Virus record (IMG/VR): IMGVR_UViG_3300037628_000359
Coordinates: 1 to 50,740 of that record
Direction: 5' to 3' (one strand)
Origin: a virus
Lineage: Duplodnaviria > Caudoviricetes
Length of the DNA stretch: 50,740 nucleotides
Below are positions 9,055-18,371 of this stretch, piece after piece. Each line of letters begins with the position of its first letter. The first letter of the stretch is position 1. The position numbers and the translations under genes are program-made. Under the pieces are notes generated by a model, which did not search any database, was not told the DNA's origin, and saw nothing but the letters and a program-made list of their open reading frames with translations.

Positions 9055-9467
9055 CCACAATAGCCTATCACCACGGTGATAAACAAATAGCAATTGATAG
9101 CCGTACGACAAGCGGCGGATTAATAAATACAGACAAAGCGATTAAGGTTTATAAATTTAACAATTACATACTATTTATGTGCGGTAGCCTTTCAGATATT
9201 GAAATTTTTATTGGTGAGTATCCAGATATAAAAACAAATGTTGATTGTGGTGGGTTTTTAATTGAAAACAAAGTGGCTTACGGGGTTTACGAGAAAGACG
9301 GTAAATTATGCAAATTCACGCTAACTTATAACGATGCTGATGGTAGTGGTTACGCATTTGCCCTAGCTGCTATGGACTTCGGTTGTGATGCAAGAGGCGC
9401 GGTTAAATATGCTATGACACGAGATATTTATACAGGCGGTAGAATCAAAGTTATTGACGTTAAATAA
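9051..9467 (+). CDS. Ntn-hydrolase, proteasome beta/HslV-like peptidase
   Basis: N-terminal MTTIAY, AIDSR, conserved Lys, GSG-x2-FALAAMD, DIYTGG. Confidence 0.8.
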   Translation: MTTIAYHHGDKQIAIDSRTTSGGLINTDKAIKVYKFNNYILFMCGSLSDIEIFIGEYPDIKTNVDCGGFLIENKVAYGVYEKDGKLCKFTLTYNDADGSGYAFALAAMDFGCDARGAVKYAMTRDIYTGGRIKVIDVK

Positions 9468-9470
9468 CCT

Positions 9471-9701
9471 ATGACCAAATGCAACAAAATATCATTTCAC
9501 TCTCAACTTGAAGCAGCGAACTATATAAAATTTCTAAACGGACAGCCTAAGAAGAATAAAGGCCATTTAAAGAAGCTTAGAACTTACTATTGCTGGTACT
9601 GTAAAGAATGGCATTTAACGAGCCAAACAAAGCATTCAGCTAACGTAGTGAGACGTAAAAAGAGGGAGGATAGAGAAAGCGAAAAGCCTAGCGATGACTA
9701 G
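9471..9701 (+). CDS. Small zinc-finger protein
   Basis: C-x-K-x2-F ... YYCWYCKEWHLTS. Confidence 0.7.
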   Translation: MTKCNKISFHSQLEAANYIKFLNGQPKKNKGHLKKLRTYYCWYCKEWHLTSQTKHSANVVRRKKREDRESEKPSDD

Positions 9702-9712
9702 GCTTAATTTTT
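9684..9712. terminator. Hairpin terminator between convergent operons
   Basis: AAGCCTAG-CGATGA-CTAGGCTT with A/T-rich flanks. Confidence 0.55.
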
Positions 9713-9893
9713 AATGTTTGTTTTTGCCTGGAGATACTAGAAGCTTTAACTTATTTTCATCTGCACCAGCCTTAACCGCGAAGTCAATAAGCCCGTTTAA
9801 TAATTGCTTCATATCAGAATATGTCACAAATACTTCTTTGTGTAATTCTGGGTTCTTGTTTATGTCGCGTATCTTGTATTGTTGAATACTCAT
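9711..9893 (-). CDS. Small hypothetical protein (paralogue of 4229-4420)
   Basis: INKNPELHKEVFVTYSDM...AVKAGADENK. Confidence 0.7.
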   Translation of the reverse strand: MSIQQYKIRDINKNPELHKEVFVTYSDMKQLLNGLIDFAVKAGADENKLKLLVSPGKNKH

Positions 9894-10078
9894 TTGTTAT
9901 TCCTTATTTATAAATTAATATATTCAAGCCACTCGTTACTTTTGCTTAAATAATTCCAAAACCCATAAGATAAAATCTCTTGCATCTTCTGAATTTTCAG
10001 CTTTATTTTTTATATCCGTTAAAACACCTTTCGCTTGCTCTTCTGTTAACTTATCTATAGTGATCATTATTATATTCC

Positions 10079-10279
10079 TTAAGTGTTAAGTTGATTTACC
10101 ATTTCTTGCAAAGTATCTTTATAAAAATATACTGCAAATTCTTGTTCGCAATTCCAGTTTAAAACTTCTTTATTGACGAAGCATGGATATTCTTTAGGGT
10201 CTTCCGCTTCATCTCCTAAGAATATATTATCTAATTTCCAATTTTCAAACTCTAACTTGCTTTTTAAAAGCTTTATCAC
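10079..10279 (-). CDS. Hypothetical protein
   Basis: GTG start overlapping the HTH stop, GGAG RBS. Confidence 0.6.
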   Translation of the reverse strand: MIKLLKSKLEFENWKLDNIFLGDEAEDPKEYPCFVNKEVLNWNCEQEFAVYFYKDTLQEMVNQLNT

Positions 10280-10476
10280 TTACACTCCTTTATCAGTTCC
10301 CATAACTCACAATCAAGCGCTTTACTTATCTCTTCAAGCAAACCAAATGACGGTACGCGCTCGTTATTGCATAAACTGCACATGTATGGTCGAGTCACAC
10401 TAACAGCCTTTGCAAGCTTAGTTTGACTCATTTTCTTTCTTGCTAACATCAATCTAATACCTAATCCTAAATCCAT
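10276..10476 (-). CDS. XRE/Cro-family HTH regulator (paralogue of 4655-4858)
   Basis: MSQTKLAKAVSVTRPYMCSLCNNERVPS HTH pattern. Confidence 0.88.
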   Translation of the reverse strand: MDLGLGIRLMLARKKMSQTKLAKAVSVTRPYMCSLCNNERVPSFGLLEEISKALDCELWELIKECK

Positions 10477-10516
10477 AGTAAACCCTTTGTTAACGATATG
10501 CGTATCTATACCCTGT

Positions 10517-10544
10517 ATTCTACCATTTATACCACTATTAGCAA
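10517..10544 (-). promoter_or_regulatory. Leftward promoter with extended -10
   Basis: TTGCTA-16 nt-TAGAAT, with TGn immediately before the -10. Confidence 0.5.
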
Positions 10545-10657
10545 CGGCTTATGTAGTTTAACGCTAAACGGTATAATTAACAAGTGGCGACAACAGCCTT
10601 GCATCCGCAAAAAGTTGGCCGACTTACGAGTCTATACCTATTCAAGGGCGTTATATC

Positions 10658-11545
10658 ATGAGTGAAGACACACAGCTACAAAACGATGCTGCTGAGGCAG
10701 AAGTAAATCTTAATCAAGCAGAAATCGCAGAGCCAGAAAAAGGCACAGGGTTAGCTCCTGAAAAGAGTGAAGCGGAACACAAAGAAAAGCCGCAAGTTGA
10801 TGATGCAGAGGCTGAAGCAGCAGCACAAAAAGCTAAAGCGCAAGAAGGCATTCAGAAGGCTATCAATAAAAGCCATCGAGAAGCGAGAGAAGCCGAGCGT
10901 AAAACCGCAGAGCTACAAACAAAACTTGATGAGATAGAAACGGAAAAACAGGAAAAACTAGCCGCTTCGGTTGCTAATATTCCAGATTTACCAGTTTATC
11001 CTTCAGAGCCTTTTGATGCAAATTATGCTGAGCAAGTAGCTAATTACAATCAAGCAATTATTGATCGTGATGCGAAGATACAAGCTAAAGCAACGTTTGA
11101 TGCAAATCAAAATATTTTAACGCAACAAACACAGTATCAACAACAACAACAGGCACAAGTAAAAGCTAACGAAATGGCAGAATTAAGTAATAGCTTTTTC
11201 GGGAACGCTAGAGATACAGGCGCTACAGACACTGAAATAAATTCAGTGATCAATTTATTAAATAACGCTGGTATGACTGGTGATCTAGGTGCAGCTATCA
11301 TGACTGATAAAACAGACGGTTATTTTATTGCTAAACATTTAGCGGAAAACCTTGTTGAAGTACATGAGTTGATGGCTATTAACCCGATTATGGCAGGAGC
11401 TAAATTAGCAGAAATCAAAGCTAAAGCTAGTGCATTAAAACCGAACACAACGCAAACCCCTAAACCTACGCAGGATATTAAAGGCGCAGGAGCTAAAACG
11501 GATTTGAATAAATATCCAAATAGCGATGGGGCAAAATTTACATAA
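10658..11545 (+). CDS. Capsid scaffolding protein
   Basis: Acidic coiled-coil protein directly upstream of the coat gene, similar in size to P22 gp8. Confidence 0.8.
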   Translation: MSEDTQLQNDAAEAEVNLNQAEIAEPEKGTGLAPEKSEAEHKEKPQVDDAEAEAAAQKAKAQEGIQKAINKSHREAREAERKTAELQTKLDEIETEKQEKLAASVANIPDLPVYPSEPFDANYAEQVANYNQAIIDRDAKIQAKATFDANQNILTQQTQYQQQQQAQVKANEMAELSNSFFGNARDTGATDTEINSVINLLNNAGMTGDLGAAIMTDKTDGYFIAKHLAENLVEVHELMAINPIMAGAKLAEIKAKASALKPNTTQTPKPTQDIKGAGAKTDLNKYPNSDGAKFT

Positions 11546-11560
11546 ACAGGAGCCACACTC

Positions 11561-12844
11561 ATGGCTAACAACTTTAACAATTTTACGCTAGAGATAGCTA
11601 AAGCATTCCTTGACGGCTTCGAGTCGGCAAGGGTTCTATCAAAAAACGTCAACACGCAAATGTTAGACGGTAAATTCAATCCTGATACGGGTACAGTCAC
11701 AGACTTTAAACGCCCTACTGACTATTTAACCGTTCGTTCATCTACTGGTGATGTATCTGGTGCTACAGCTTCTGATATCGTTACTGGTCGTGCACATGGT
11801 ACGGTTCAGGACTACTTTACATCGTTTGTCGAGTTTGACGAAGCAGATGAAGCCCTTAAAATGGGTAACCTAAAAGAATTGCTAGCGCCTATGGCTTTGC
11901 GAATGGTTACTGATTTAGAGCTTGATTTCGGTAAGTTTATGATGAGCAACGTAGGTTTATTATCTGGCACACCAGGAACTGCGATCACAACATGGTCCGA
12001 TGTGGCTAATGCTGGTGCGGTAATGAAATCAACCGGTGTCCCTAAAGATGGTGATTGGATTGCAGCGGTCAACAGTTTCACTCAAACCGCATTAGCTGAT
12101 ATTCAGCGCTCATTAGGTTCTGGTGGTTCAGCAGGTGCTTTAATCTCTGACGCTCATAAAAACGCTATTATCAGTGATAACTTTGGGGGTCTTAAAGTAA
12201 TGACAGCTGATACATTAGCTGCATATACCACGGATGCCGAAGCTGATAGGGCGGGTGTAATTGCTGCTGGTGGCCTTAACATTACTTATGTTGGCGCAAA
12301 AGATACTATGACGCAGGATATCGCTGTTAGTGGCTTCGGTGCTGGTGCAACAGTGATTAAAGCTGGTGAAGTGGTACAAATCACTGGTCGTAATCGCCTA
12401 AATCTAGCCACTCGCGAGTTAATGCTTGATGCTTCTGGTTCTGCAATCCTGTTCACAGGTGTTGTTACAACTGAAGTTACGTTGGCCGCTGGCGCTGGTA
12501 CTATCAATATTACTGGACCTGCAATCTTTGAGAGTGCTGCTGGTACAGGTGCTTACAATACGGTGGATACAGCGCCTATTATCGGTGATGTTGTTACCTT
12601 GTTAGGCCCTGCCGCAACGACTATTCAACCTAGTTTGTTCTGGCATAAGAACGCCTTCTCCATCGGTTCCGTACCTATCAAACGCCTTAGCGCTCAAGAT
12701 ACGTTTGCAGAGACTAAAGACGGTATTCAAATGCGTATTACTCAAGGTTCAGATTTCCTTGCGAATACCAACAAAGTCAGAATTGATATTCGACCTGCTT
12801 TTGCCGCACTAAACCCTTTCTGGGGTGGTCACCTTTACGGCTAA
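11561..12844 (+). CDS. Major capsid protein, P22 gp5-like
   Basis: 427 aa; MANNF start, VLSKNVNTQ, KRPTDY, IKAGEVVQITG I-domain, LFWHKNAF, RIDIRP. Confidence 0.92.
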   Translation: MANNFNNFTLEIAKAFLDGFESARVLSKNVNTQMLDGKFNPDTGTVTDFKRPTDYLTVRSSTGDVSGATASDIVTGRAHGTVQDYFTSFVEFDEADEALKMGNLKELLAPMALRMVTDLELDFGKFMMSNVGLLSGTPGTAITTWSDVANAGAVMKSTGVPKDGDWIAAVNSFTQTALADIQRSLGSGGSAGALISDAHKNAIISDNFGGLKVMTADTLAAYTTDAEADRAGVIAAGGLNITYVGAKDTMTQDIAVSGFGAGATVIKAGEVVQITGRNRLNLATRELMLDASGSAILFTGVVTTEVTLAAGAGTINITGPAIFESAAGTGAYNTVDTAPIIGDVVTLLGPAATTIQPSLFWHKNAFSIGSVPIKRLSAQDTFAETKDGIQMRITQGSDFLANTNKVRIDIRPAFAALNPFWGGHLYG

Positions 12845-12860
12845 TAAGTAGTTTATTTAT

Positions 12861-12890
12861 AAAGGGGTCAGATTCTTGGCCCTTTCATTT
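12861..12890 (+). terminator. Intrinsic terminator after the coat gene
   Basis: AAAGGGGTCAGA-TTC-TTGGCCCTTT followed by CATTT. Confidence 0.6.
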
Positions 12891-12907
12891 AAAACAAGAG
12901 ATAAATT

Positions 12908-13150
12908 ATGAAATTACTAACTGAATGGGTAAAGCCAAGTGGCGCACGACTAATGTTGAATGACGAAGATGCAACAGTTGAGCAAGCGGAAAAGAATGGC
13001 TGGATACGTTACAGCGAGACAGAAGAAGGACTTGCGGCCGCTAAAGAGTTTTTAGCCGCACAAGTGGCACAAGCTGAGTCTACGGTAAATGCAGCGAAAG
13101 CAAAACAGAAAGGTAAACCCGGACCAAAACCAAAGCAACCGCAGGATTAA
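12908..13150 (+). CDS. Small hypothetical protein, basic C-terminal tail
   Basis: Sits between the coat and gp4-like genes; KGKPGPKPK tail. Confidence 0.7.
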   Translation: MKLLTEWVKPSGARLMLNDEDATVEQAEKNGWIRYSETEEGLAAAKEFLAAQVAQAESTVNAAKAKQKGKPGPKPKQPQD

Positions 13151-13153
13151 ATA

Positions 13154-13633
13154 ATGGAAACGGCTGAAAGTTTAATTAACGACTCACTCCAAGAGTTGAT
13201 AGTACAAGCATCTGAGCAGCCTATTCAACCAGTGGACTTTCAGACCGCTAAGCGCTATTTAAACCGCATGATGGCTGCTCTTGACTCTATCGGTATAGCT
13301 TTGGGCTACACGGTTGTAGTTGAGCCAGAAGACCCTATAACCGTTCCCGCTGGCGCTATCGAAGGGATGATTAAAAACTTAGCAGTTAAATTATCAACAC
13401 AATATAGCGTACCTGTTGGACCTCTTTTATTTCAGGAAGCTAAAGACGGCATAACGACAATGCGTAAGATCGCGCGTGTACCTCGTCGAACTGAATTGCC
13501 TTGCACATTACCAGTCGGTCAAGCCAACGAACATTTTGATAGCGACTGGCATTTCTTCCCATGCCCTGAAAGCGAATTATTAACAGAGCAGGGTGGCTCG
13601 ATTCTTTTAGAGGATGAAACAGCTAATGAATAG
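13154..13633 (+). CDS. Head-tail adaptor, P22 gp4-like
   Basis: TAESLINDSL...LNRMMAAL...ALGY...NLAVKL pattern, plus size and synteny. Confidence 0.8.
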   Translation: METAESLINDSLQELIVQASEQPIQPVDFQTAKRYLNRMMAALDSIGIALGYTVVVEPEDPITVPAGAIEGMIKNLAVKLSTQYSVPVGPLLFQEAKDGITTMRKIARVPRRTELPCTLPVGQANEHFDSDWHFFPCPESELLTEQGGSILLEDETANE

Positions 13634-15188
13634 CAAAAAAGAGAGTCAGTTTACAGCAGTTCCAGATTTCTCACCCGGTGATTTAGTCACAGGATTAAGA
13701 GGTGCTGGCAATGTAAACTTTCCTTATAGCGCTTTATTCGCTGCTATGAGCGGTTTATCATCACTTAACCAAGTTGGTGATCCTTTAGGCGCTCCAATAC
13801 TTGACCAGCCAGGTGCAGGCGTTAATAATTTCCGTAATATTGAATCAAGCAAAGGTATTATTGCAGCAGTAAGCGCTCAGGATGGCGTTGTTTTAGGTGC
13901 TAACTTTGTACAGAGTACGACAGGCTCGCCAATTATAAAAGACTTAAATGCGCTTCAATATCAGATTAGATCATTGGTTGGTGGTAGTGATATAAATATC
14001 GCGCCATCACCGGACGGAAATTCATTAGTAGTAAGTTTTGTCGGTGGTGGTACATCAACTAAAACAGTTGTTGTATCTCAAGAGTCTGATTTACCAGTTC
14101 CAGTAGCAGGAATAATCACTTTAGCTGATGATACAGATTATCTTTTTGTTCAAGATTTAACTACATCAAATAGATTTGTAAAAGGTGATAACCAAGTCCT
14201 ACGAGCGGCGGATTCTTCAATAGTAAAATTAACCTATACCGGCGTGGATACAATGTTCACCAGTGTAGATAAATCAAATAAAATTACAAAGATCAAGCTA
14301 AATGCTCCAAACGGTAAATTATTCGATATAACCGCAACATCTCCCGGTAAGGTTTTTCAATTTGTTAACGCTACTGTTGAATCATGCGATACCATCGGAA
14401 CTATTGGAAGTATGACAGCAGTCCAACTTTCAGATGTAGCATGGAATGATAATATAACGGATGGACTTCTATTAACAGGTTCGTTTACATTTTTCTTTAT
14501 TGGATTAAATATAGTTACGCAAAACAGCGGTGATTTTCTTGATTTGGGTACAGCAACCTTTGATGGGTTCACTGGTACTAATATTTTTGCAACTTTAGCG
14601 GGTGGAACATCTTTATTAAAAGGTGCTGCATCTAGTGCAAATATAAATAGCGGCGGATTAGGAGTATTAGAAAATACAAGAAAGAATGGCGCTGGTAGCA
14701 TATTATCAGGAATAACGGTAGATGATGCGAGATGGAATTTCGCGATCAATGATGATATACCTGACACTAGACCAGATGGTTTATTGTCGATGCAAGGCAA
14801 TGTAACAAATACAGTTATTTCAGGTATAGGCACTCCTGTATTAGTGGCTGGAGCGTGGGTAGTTGACTCAACTAGTCAAATGATAGGGACTACTGCTGGA
14901 AGATTGACGTATAACGGTGGCAAAAATGCTAAGTTACCGATCACTTCAAGCGTAACTGTTTCCCCAATTTCAGGCGGAACTATATCTGTATCTGCCGAAA
15001 TAGCCATTAACGGCACGGTAGTTTCGGGATCTAAAAGATCCGCATCTACATCAGCAGGAGGTAGTTCTTCAATAACAATTCCGTGGCAATTTGATTTTGC
15101 TACAACTAATTTTGTAGAAGTATTTGTAACCAACGAGGATAGCACTGTTGATCTTTTAGTATCATCCGCTATCCATAGGGTTAACTAA
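13626..15188 (+). CDS. Large beta-rich virion protein (tail fibre/appendage)
   Basis: GAGG RBS before ATG 13626; G/S/T-rich with possible beta-helix character; lies between gp4- and gp10-like genes. Confidence 0.65.
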   Translation: MNSKKESQFTAVPDFSPGDLVTGLRGAGNVNFPYSALFAAMSGLSSLNQVGDPLGAPILDQPGAGVNNFRNIESSKGIIAAVSAQDGVVLGANFVQSTTGSPIIKDLNALQYQIRSLVGGSDINIAPSPDGNSLVVSFVGGGTSTKTVVVSQESDLPVPVAGIITLADDTDYLFVQDLTTSNRFVKGDNQVLRAADSSIVKLTYTGVDTMFTSVDKSNKITKIKLNAPNGKLFDITATSPGKVFQFVNATVESCDTIGTIGSMTAVQLSDVAWNDNITDGLLLTGSFTFFFIGLNIVTQNSGDFLDLGTATFDGFTGTNIFATLAGGTSLLKGAASSANINSGGLGVLENTRKNGAGSILSGITVDDARWNFAINDDIPDTRPDGLLSMQGNVTNTVISGIGTPVLVAGAWVVDSTSQMIGTTAGRLTYNGGKNAKLPITSSVTVSPISGGTISVSAEIAINGTVVSGSKRSASTSAGGSSSITIPWQFDFATTNFVEVFVTNEDSTVDLLVSSAIHRVN

Positions 15189-16654
15189 TGCCTAAAGCCA
15201 CTCTTCAACTCGACGGTTTTTATGAATCTCAAACATTAGATTTATCAGAGCAAGAGTGTGTAAATTGGTATCGTTTAATTACTAAAAGCCCCGGTGATAT
15301 TTCGCTTATTTCTTTACGCGGTAGTGTAGGTATTGAGCAAAAATTAACAACGGGTGATCTAACTCAAGTCAATAGAGGATCACACGTTAAGGCTGGTAAA
15401 GCTTATTTTCTGAATGGTGAAACACTTGTAAGAATTGATATTACCTTTGATGAGTTTGGAGAGATGATATTTACCCCTGTAACAATCGGCACTATACCGG
15501 GTGATGAACGCGTATCAATGGCTGATAACGGTGTTCAGTTAATGGTTTTAGTACCTGGAGGTAAGGGTTACATTATCACAACCGGAACGCCTGAAACTCT
15601 TACTGAGATAGTTGACGCAAGTTTTACAGCGAACGGTAACCCTCAACATGTGAGATTTAATAACTCATTTTTTGTAGTCACAACTGATACTAAAAAATTC
15701 ATTCGTTCAGATGCCAACGATGGTACATCATGGAGCGCTTTAAATGTATTTAGCGCTGAATCTGACCCTGATATTATCACAGCCATACATACTAGTAATA
15801 ACCGTGTTTATATCGGTGGCAGCGAGACAATAGAAGAGTTTAATTTTAACGGCACTATTTACCAACGAACTGGTTTTTTTATCGATAAAGGTATTTCCGC
15901 TCCATTTGCCGTTGAGTCAACAAATAAATCTTTCATGTGGATAGGTGCAGGAGAAAATGAAAGCCCTGCAATTTGGCGATTAGTTGGTAATACTCCGGTA
16001 AAAATATCAACAACAGTCATCGATAAAGTCTTACAAGGATTTTCAGCGGAAGAAATAGAGCAAGCATTTAGTTATTCATTTGCTCAAGACGGCGCTTATT
16101 TTATCGGTTTTTCTTTCCCAACTGTAACATTTGAATTTAATACAGTGACAGATAAATGGAACGAGCGCAAAAGTCAGATTATCAATTCTAAAGGCATAAC
16201 AGAGGTTATTAGATGGCGGGTTAACTCAGTGGCTTTCGTTAATCCTATGTTGCTTTGTGGTGACTCTCAAGATGGTAGGGTTGGAAGTATTAGCCCTGAT
16301 ATCTATTCAGAATATAATTGCGAGATAATCAGAACTTGCACGATTCAACCACTAACAAATCAAGGTAACTCTATTTCGATAAGTGAACTAGAGCCAACAT
16401 TTAAAACGGGCGTTGCTACACAGGAAACACCAGACCCGCAAATTAGGTACTCAGCATCTAATAATGGTAAGCACTTAAGAAATGAGACTAGCCGATCAAT
16501 TGGTGGAGTAGGTCAGTATGATCATAGGTCTATTTGGTATAAACAAGGTCGTTTTCCTCGATCAGTTTTCCTTAAATTTACCATGAGCGATAAAGTACAG
16601 TCTGAATTCGTTAAATTAGAGGCGATAATTCAAGGAGGACAAGGTGGCAATTGA
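15188..16654 (+). CDS. Tail hub/DNA stabilisation protein, P22 gp10-like
   Basis: 488 aa with RVSMADNG, SAESDPD, ETIEEF and ISTTVIDK motifs; syntenic. Confidence 0.85.
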   Translation: MPKATLQLDGFYESQTLDLSEQECVNWYRLITKSPGDISLISLRGSVGIEQKLTTGDLTQVNRGSHVKAGKAYFLNGETLVRIDITFDEFGEMIFTPVTIGTIPGDERVSMADNGVQLMVLVPGGKGYIITTGTPETLTEIVDASFTANGNPQHVRFNNSFFVVTTDTKKFIRSDANDGTSWSALNVFSAESDPDIITAIHTSNNRVYIGGSETIEEFNFNGTIYQRTGFFIDKGISAPFAVESTNKSFMWIGAGENESPAIWRLVGNTPVKISTTVIDKVLQGFSAEEIEQAFSYSFAQDGAYFIGFSFPTVTFEFNTVTDKWNERKSQIINSKGITEVIRWRVNSVAFVNPMLLCGDSQDGRVGSISPDIYSEYNCEIIRTCTIQPLTNQGNSISISELEPTFKTGVATQETPDPQIRYSASNNGKHLRNETSRSIGGVGQYDHRSIWYKQGRFPRSVFLKFTMSDKVQSEFVKLEAIIQGGQGGN

Positions 16655-16937
16655 TAATAGTGAAATTAGTTTTGATAAGCCAATAATCGAAGTTGACGCA
16701 ACTCTAACATTACAAAGTCGTAATTATTTTCTGGCTCTTGATTCTACTATACAAGCACTACGTGCTGAACTTGAATTTCAAACCCTTATTGTTGGCACTG
16801 GCAGCCCTGAAGGTGTAGTTGACGCTTTACCGACAAAAAGATATATGGATGATGCAGGAGTAGCAAATACTATTTGGTATATAAAGCGCGATGCTGATAT
16901 TGCTGGTGATACTACAAAAGGGTGGATATTAACATGA
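16644..16937 (+). CDS. Small tail protein at the gp26 position
   Basis: GTGSPEGVVDA...Y...WYIK...KGW motif; syntenic. Confidence 0.6.
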   Translation: MAIDNSEISFDKPIIEVDATLTLQSRNYFLALDSTIQALRAELEFQTLIVGTGSPEGVVDALPTKRYMDDAGVANTIWYIKRDADIAGDTTKGWILT

Positions 16938-17815
16938 GTGGGGCATTAGTAGGAGCAGCGGGTCCAGCAGTTTTTAATTTAGGTGCGCTAAAGGTTATAG
17001 ATGATATTTGTGTTAGCGATAAAAAAGCCAACAGGAAGAAAATCCTTGATTTTGAATTAATAGCCAAGACATTCCCACAAATTGAAATACCTGTTACACA
17101 TCGTATTCATGGTGGTATGTACGCAAGAGAAATAACAATACCCAAAGATACAATTTTAACTGGTCATATTTATAAGTTCGATCACTTTGATGTAATGATT
17201 AGTGGAGATATAACAGTATCGACAGATACCGGTGAAAGAAAAAGATTTACTGGCTATAACTGTTTTAAAGGTATGTCTGGTAAAAAACGTGCTGGATATG
17301 CGCATGAAGATACAATATGGATAACATTCCACCCCTTCACTGGTGATAATGGTAATGACATACAAAAATTTATTACCGCTGAAAGCTTTGAAGAATTAGA
17401 GTTTTTTAATTGTGAAATAAATAAAGCAGATTATAAATCTATGATTTCAGAAATGGATATCAACGAAGATGAAATGGATGAACAGGTAAAAAATACTAAT
17501 GATATGACTGAGTTACCAGATGATTATTCTCATATATATTTAGATAACTCAAGCATAGATAAACAAGGTTTGTTTAGTGAATTAAAAATACTGTCAGGCG
17601 ATATTATTTGCCCGTCGAGAATAAAAGATAAAAGAACCATAGCCGGTAGATATACGAATCATGCTTTACAGCCAAATGCTGAAATGATTTTCGATGGTGA
17701 GAATATAAATTTAGTTTCAAATAGAGATATCGAAGCTAATGAAGAAATAACAGTTAATTATAGGTATGTCTTAAAGACAAGAAACTTAGAAGGCGATTTA
17801 TCATGTCAGGAGTAG
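16934..17815 (+). CDS. Cupin-like plus SET-domain fusion protein
   Basis: N-terminal HRIHGGMYAREITIP...HFDVMISG (cupin); C-terminal SSIDKQGLF...GRYTNHALQPNA...RDIEANEEITVNY (SET motifs). Confidence 0.8.
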   Translation: MSGALVGAAGPAVFNLGALKVIDDICVSDKKANRKKILDFELIAKTFPQIEIPVTHRIHGGMYAREITIPKDTILTGHIYKFDHFDVMISGDITVSTDTGERKRFTGYNCFKGMSGKKRAGYAHEDTIWITFHPFTGDNGNDIQKFITAESFEELEFFNCEINKADYKSMISEMDINEDEMDEQVKNTNDMTELPDDYSHIYLDNSSIDKQGLFSELKILSGDIICPSRIKDKRTIAGRYTNHALQPNAEMIFDGENINLVSNRDIEANEEITVNYRYVLKTRNLEGDLSCQE

Positions 17816-18369
17816 CGGTAGCAATAGGGGCTTCAGCAGTGATCGGAGCAATATCTTCTGAAAGAGCAGGAAGTAAAGCAGCAAAAGCAACAGGTAAAGC
17901 AGCTGACACAGCAGCAGCAGAGACTAGACGATCTGCCGATGAGGCAAGGGAAGATTTATTTAAATTATTTCCAGCAGCGCAACAGAATGCACAACAAGGC
18001 TTTCAGGGCGCTTTAGATGTGTTTGGTCAAGTAGTACCAGCACAACAACAAGCTTTTCAAGGTGGTAATTTAGCAGCGCAGCAGCAGATCCTAGCAGGAT
18101 TACCGCAGATACAAAACGCGATCCTTGGTAATCAGGTTGATTTTAGTCAATTACAACCATTCCAATCACCACAGCAAGATTTAAGTTTTTTACAGCAGCA
18201 ATTACCACAGTTTATAGATCCATTTGCACCACAACCAAGTGAAATGACAGTAAATCCTATAGGTGGATCAAGTAATATTTTAGGTGGTCGGTTTGACTTT
18301 AATGGTATTTCACCAATTCTCGGTGGCCCTAATGTATTTAATAGAAAAATTAGAAGTTTGGAGAGATAA
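17803..18369 (+). CDS. Ejection (DNA transfer) protein, P22 gp7-like
   Basis: Hydrophobic G/A-rich N-terminus followed by SKAAKA; first of three internal virion genes. Confidence 0.7.
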   Translation: MSGVAVAIGASAVIGAISSERAGSKAAKATGKAADTAAAETRRSADEAREDLFKLFPAAQQNAQQGFQGALDVFGQVVPAQQQAFQGGNLAAQQQILAGLPQIQNAILGNQVDFSQLQPFQSPQQDLSFLQQQLPQFIDPFAPQPSEMTVNPIGGSSNILGGRFDFNGISPILGGPNVFNRKIRSLER

Positions 18370-18371
18370 TA

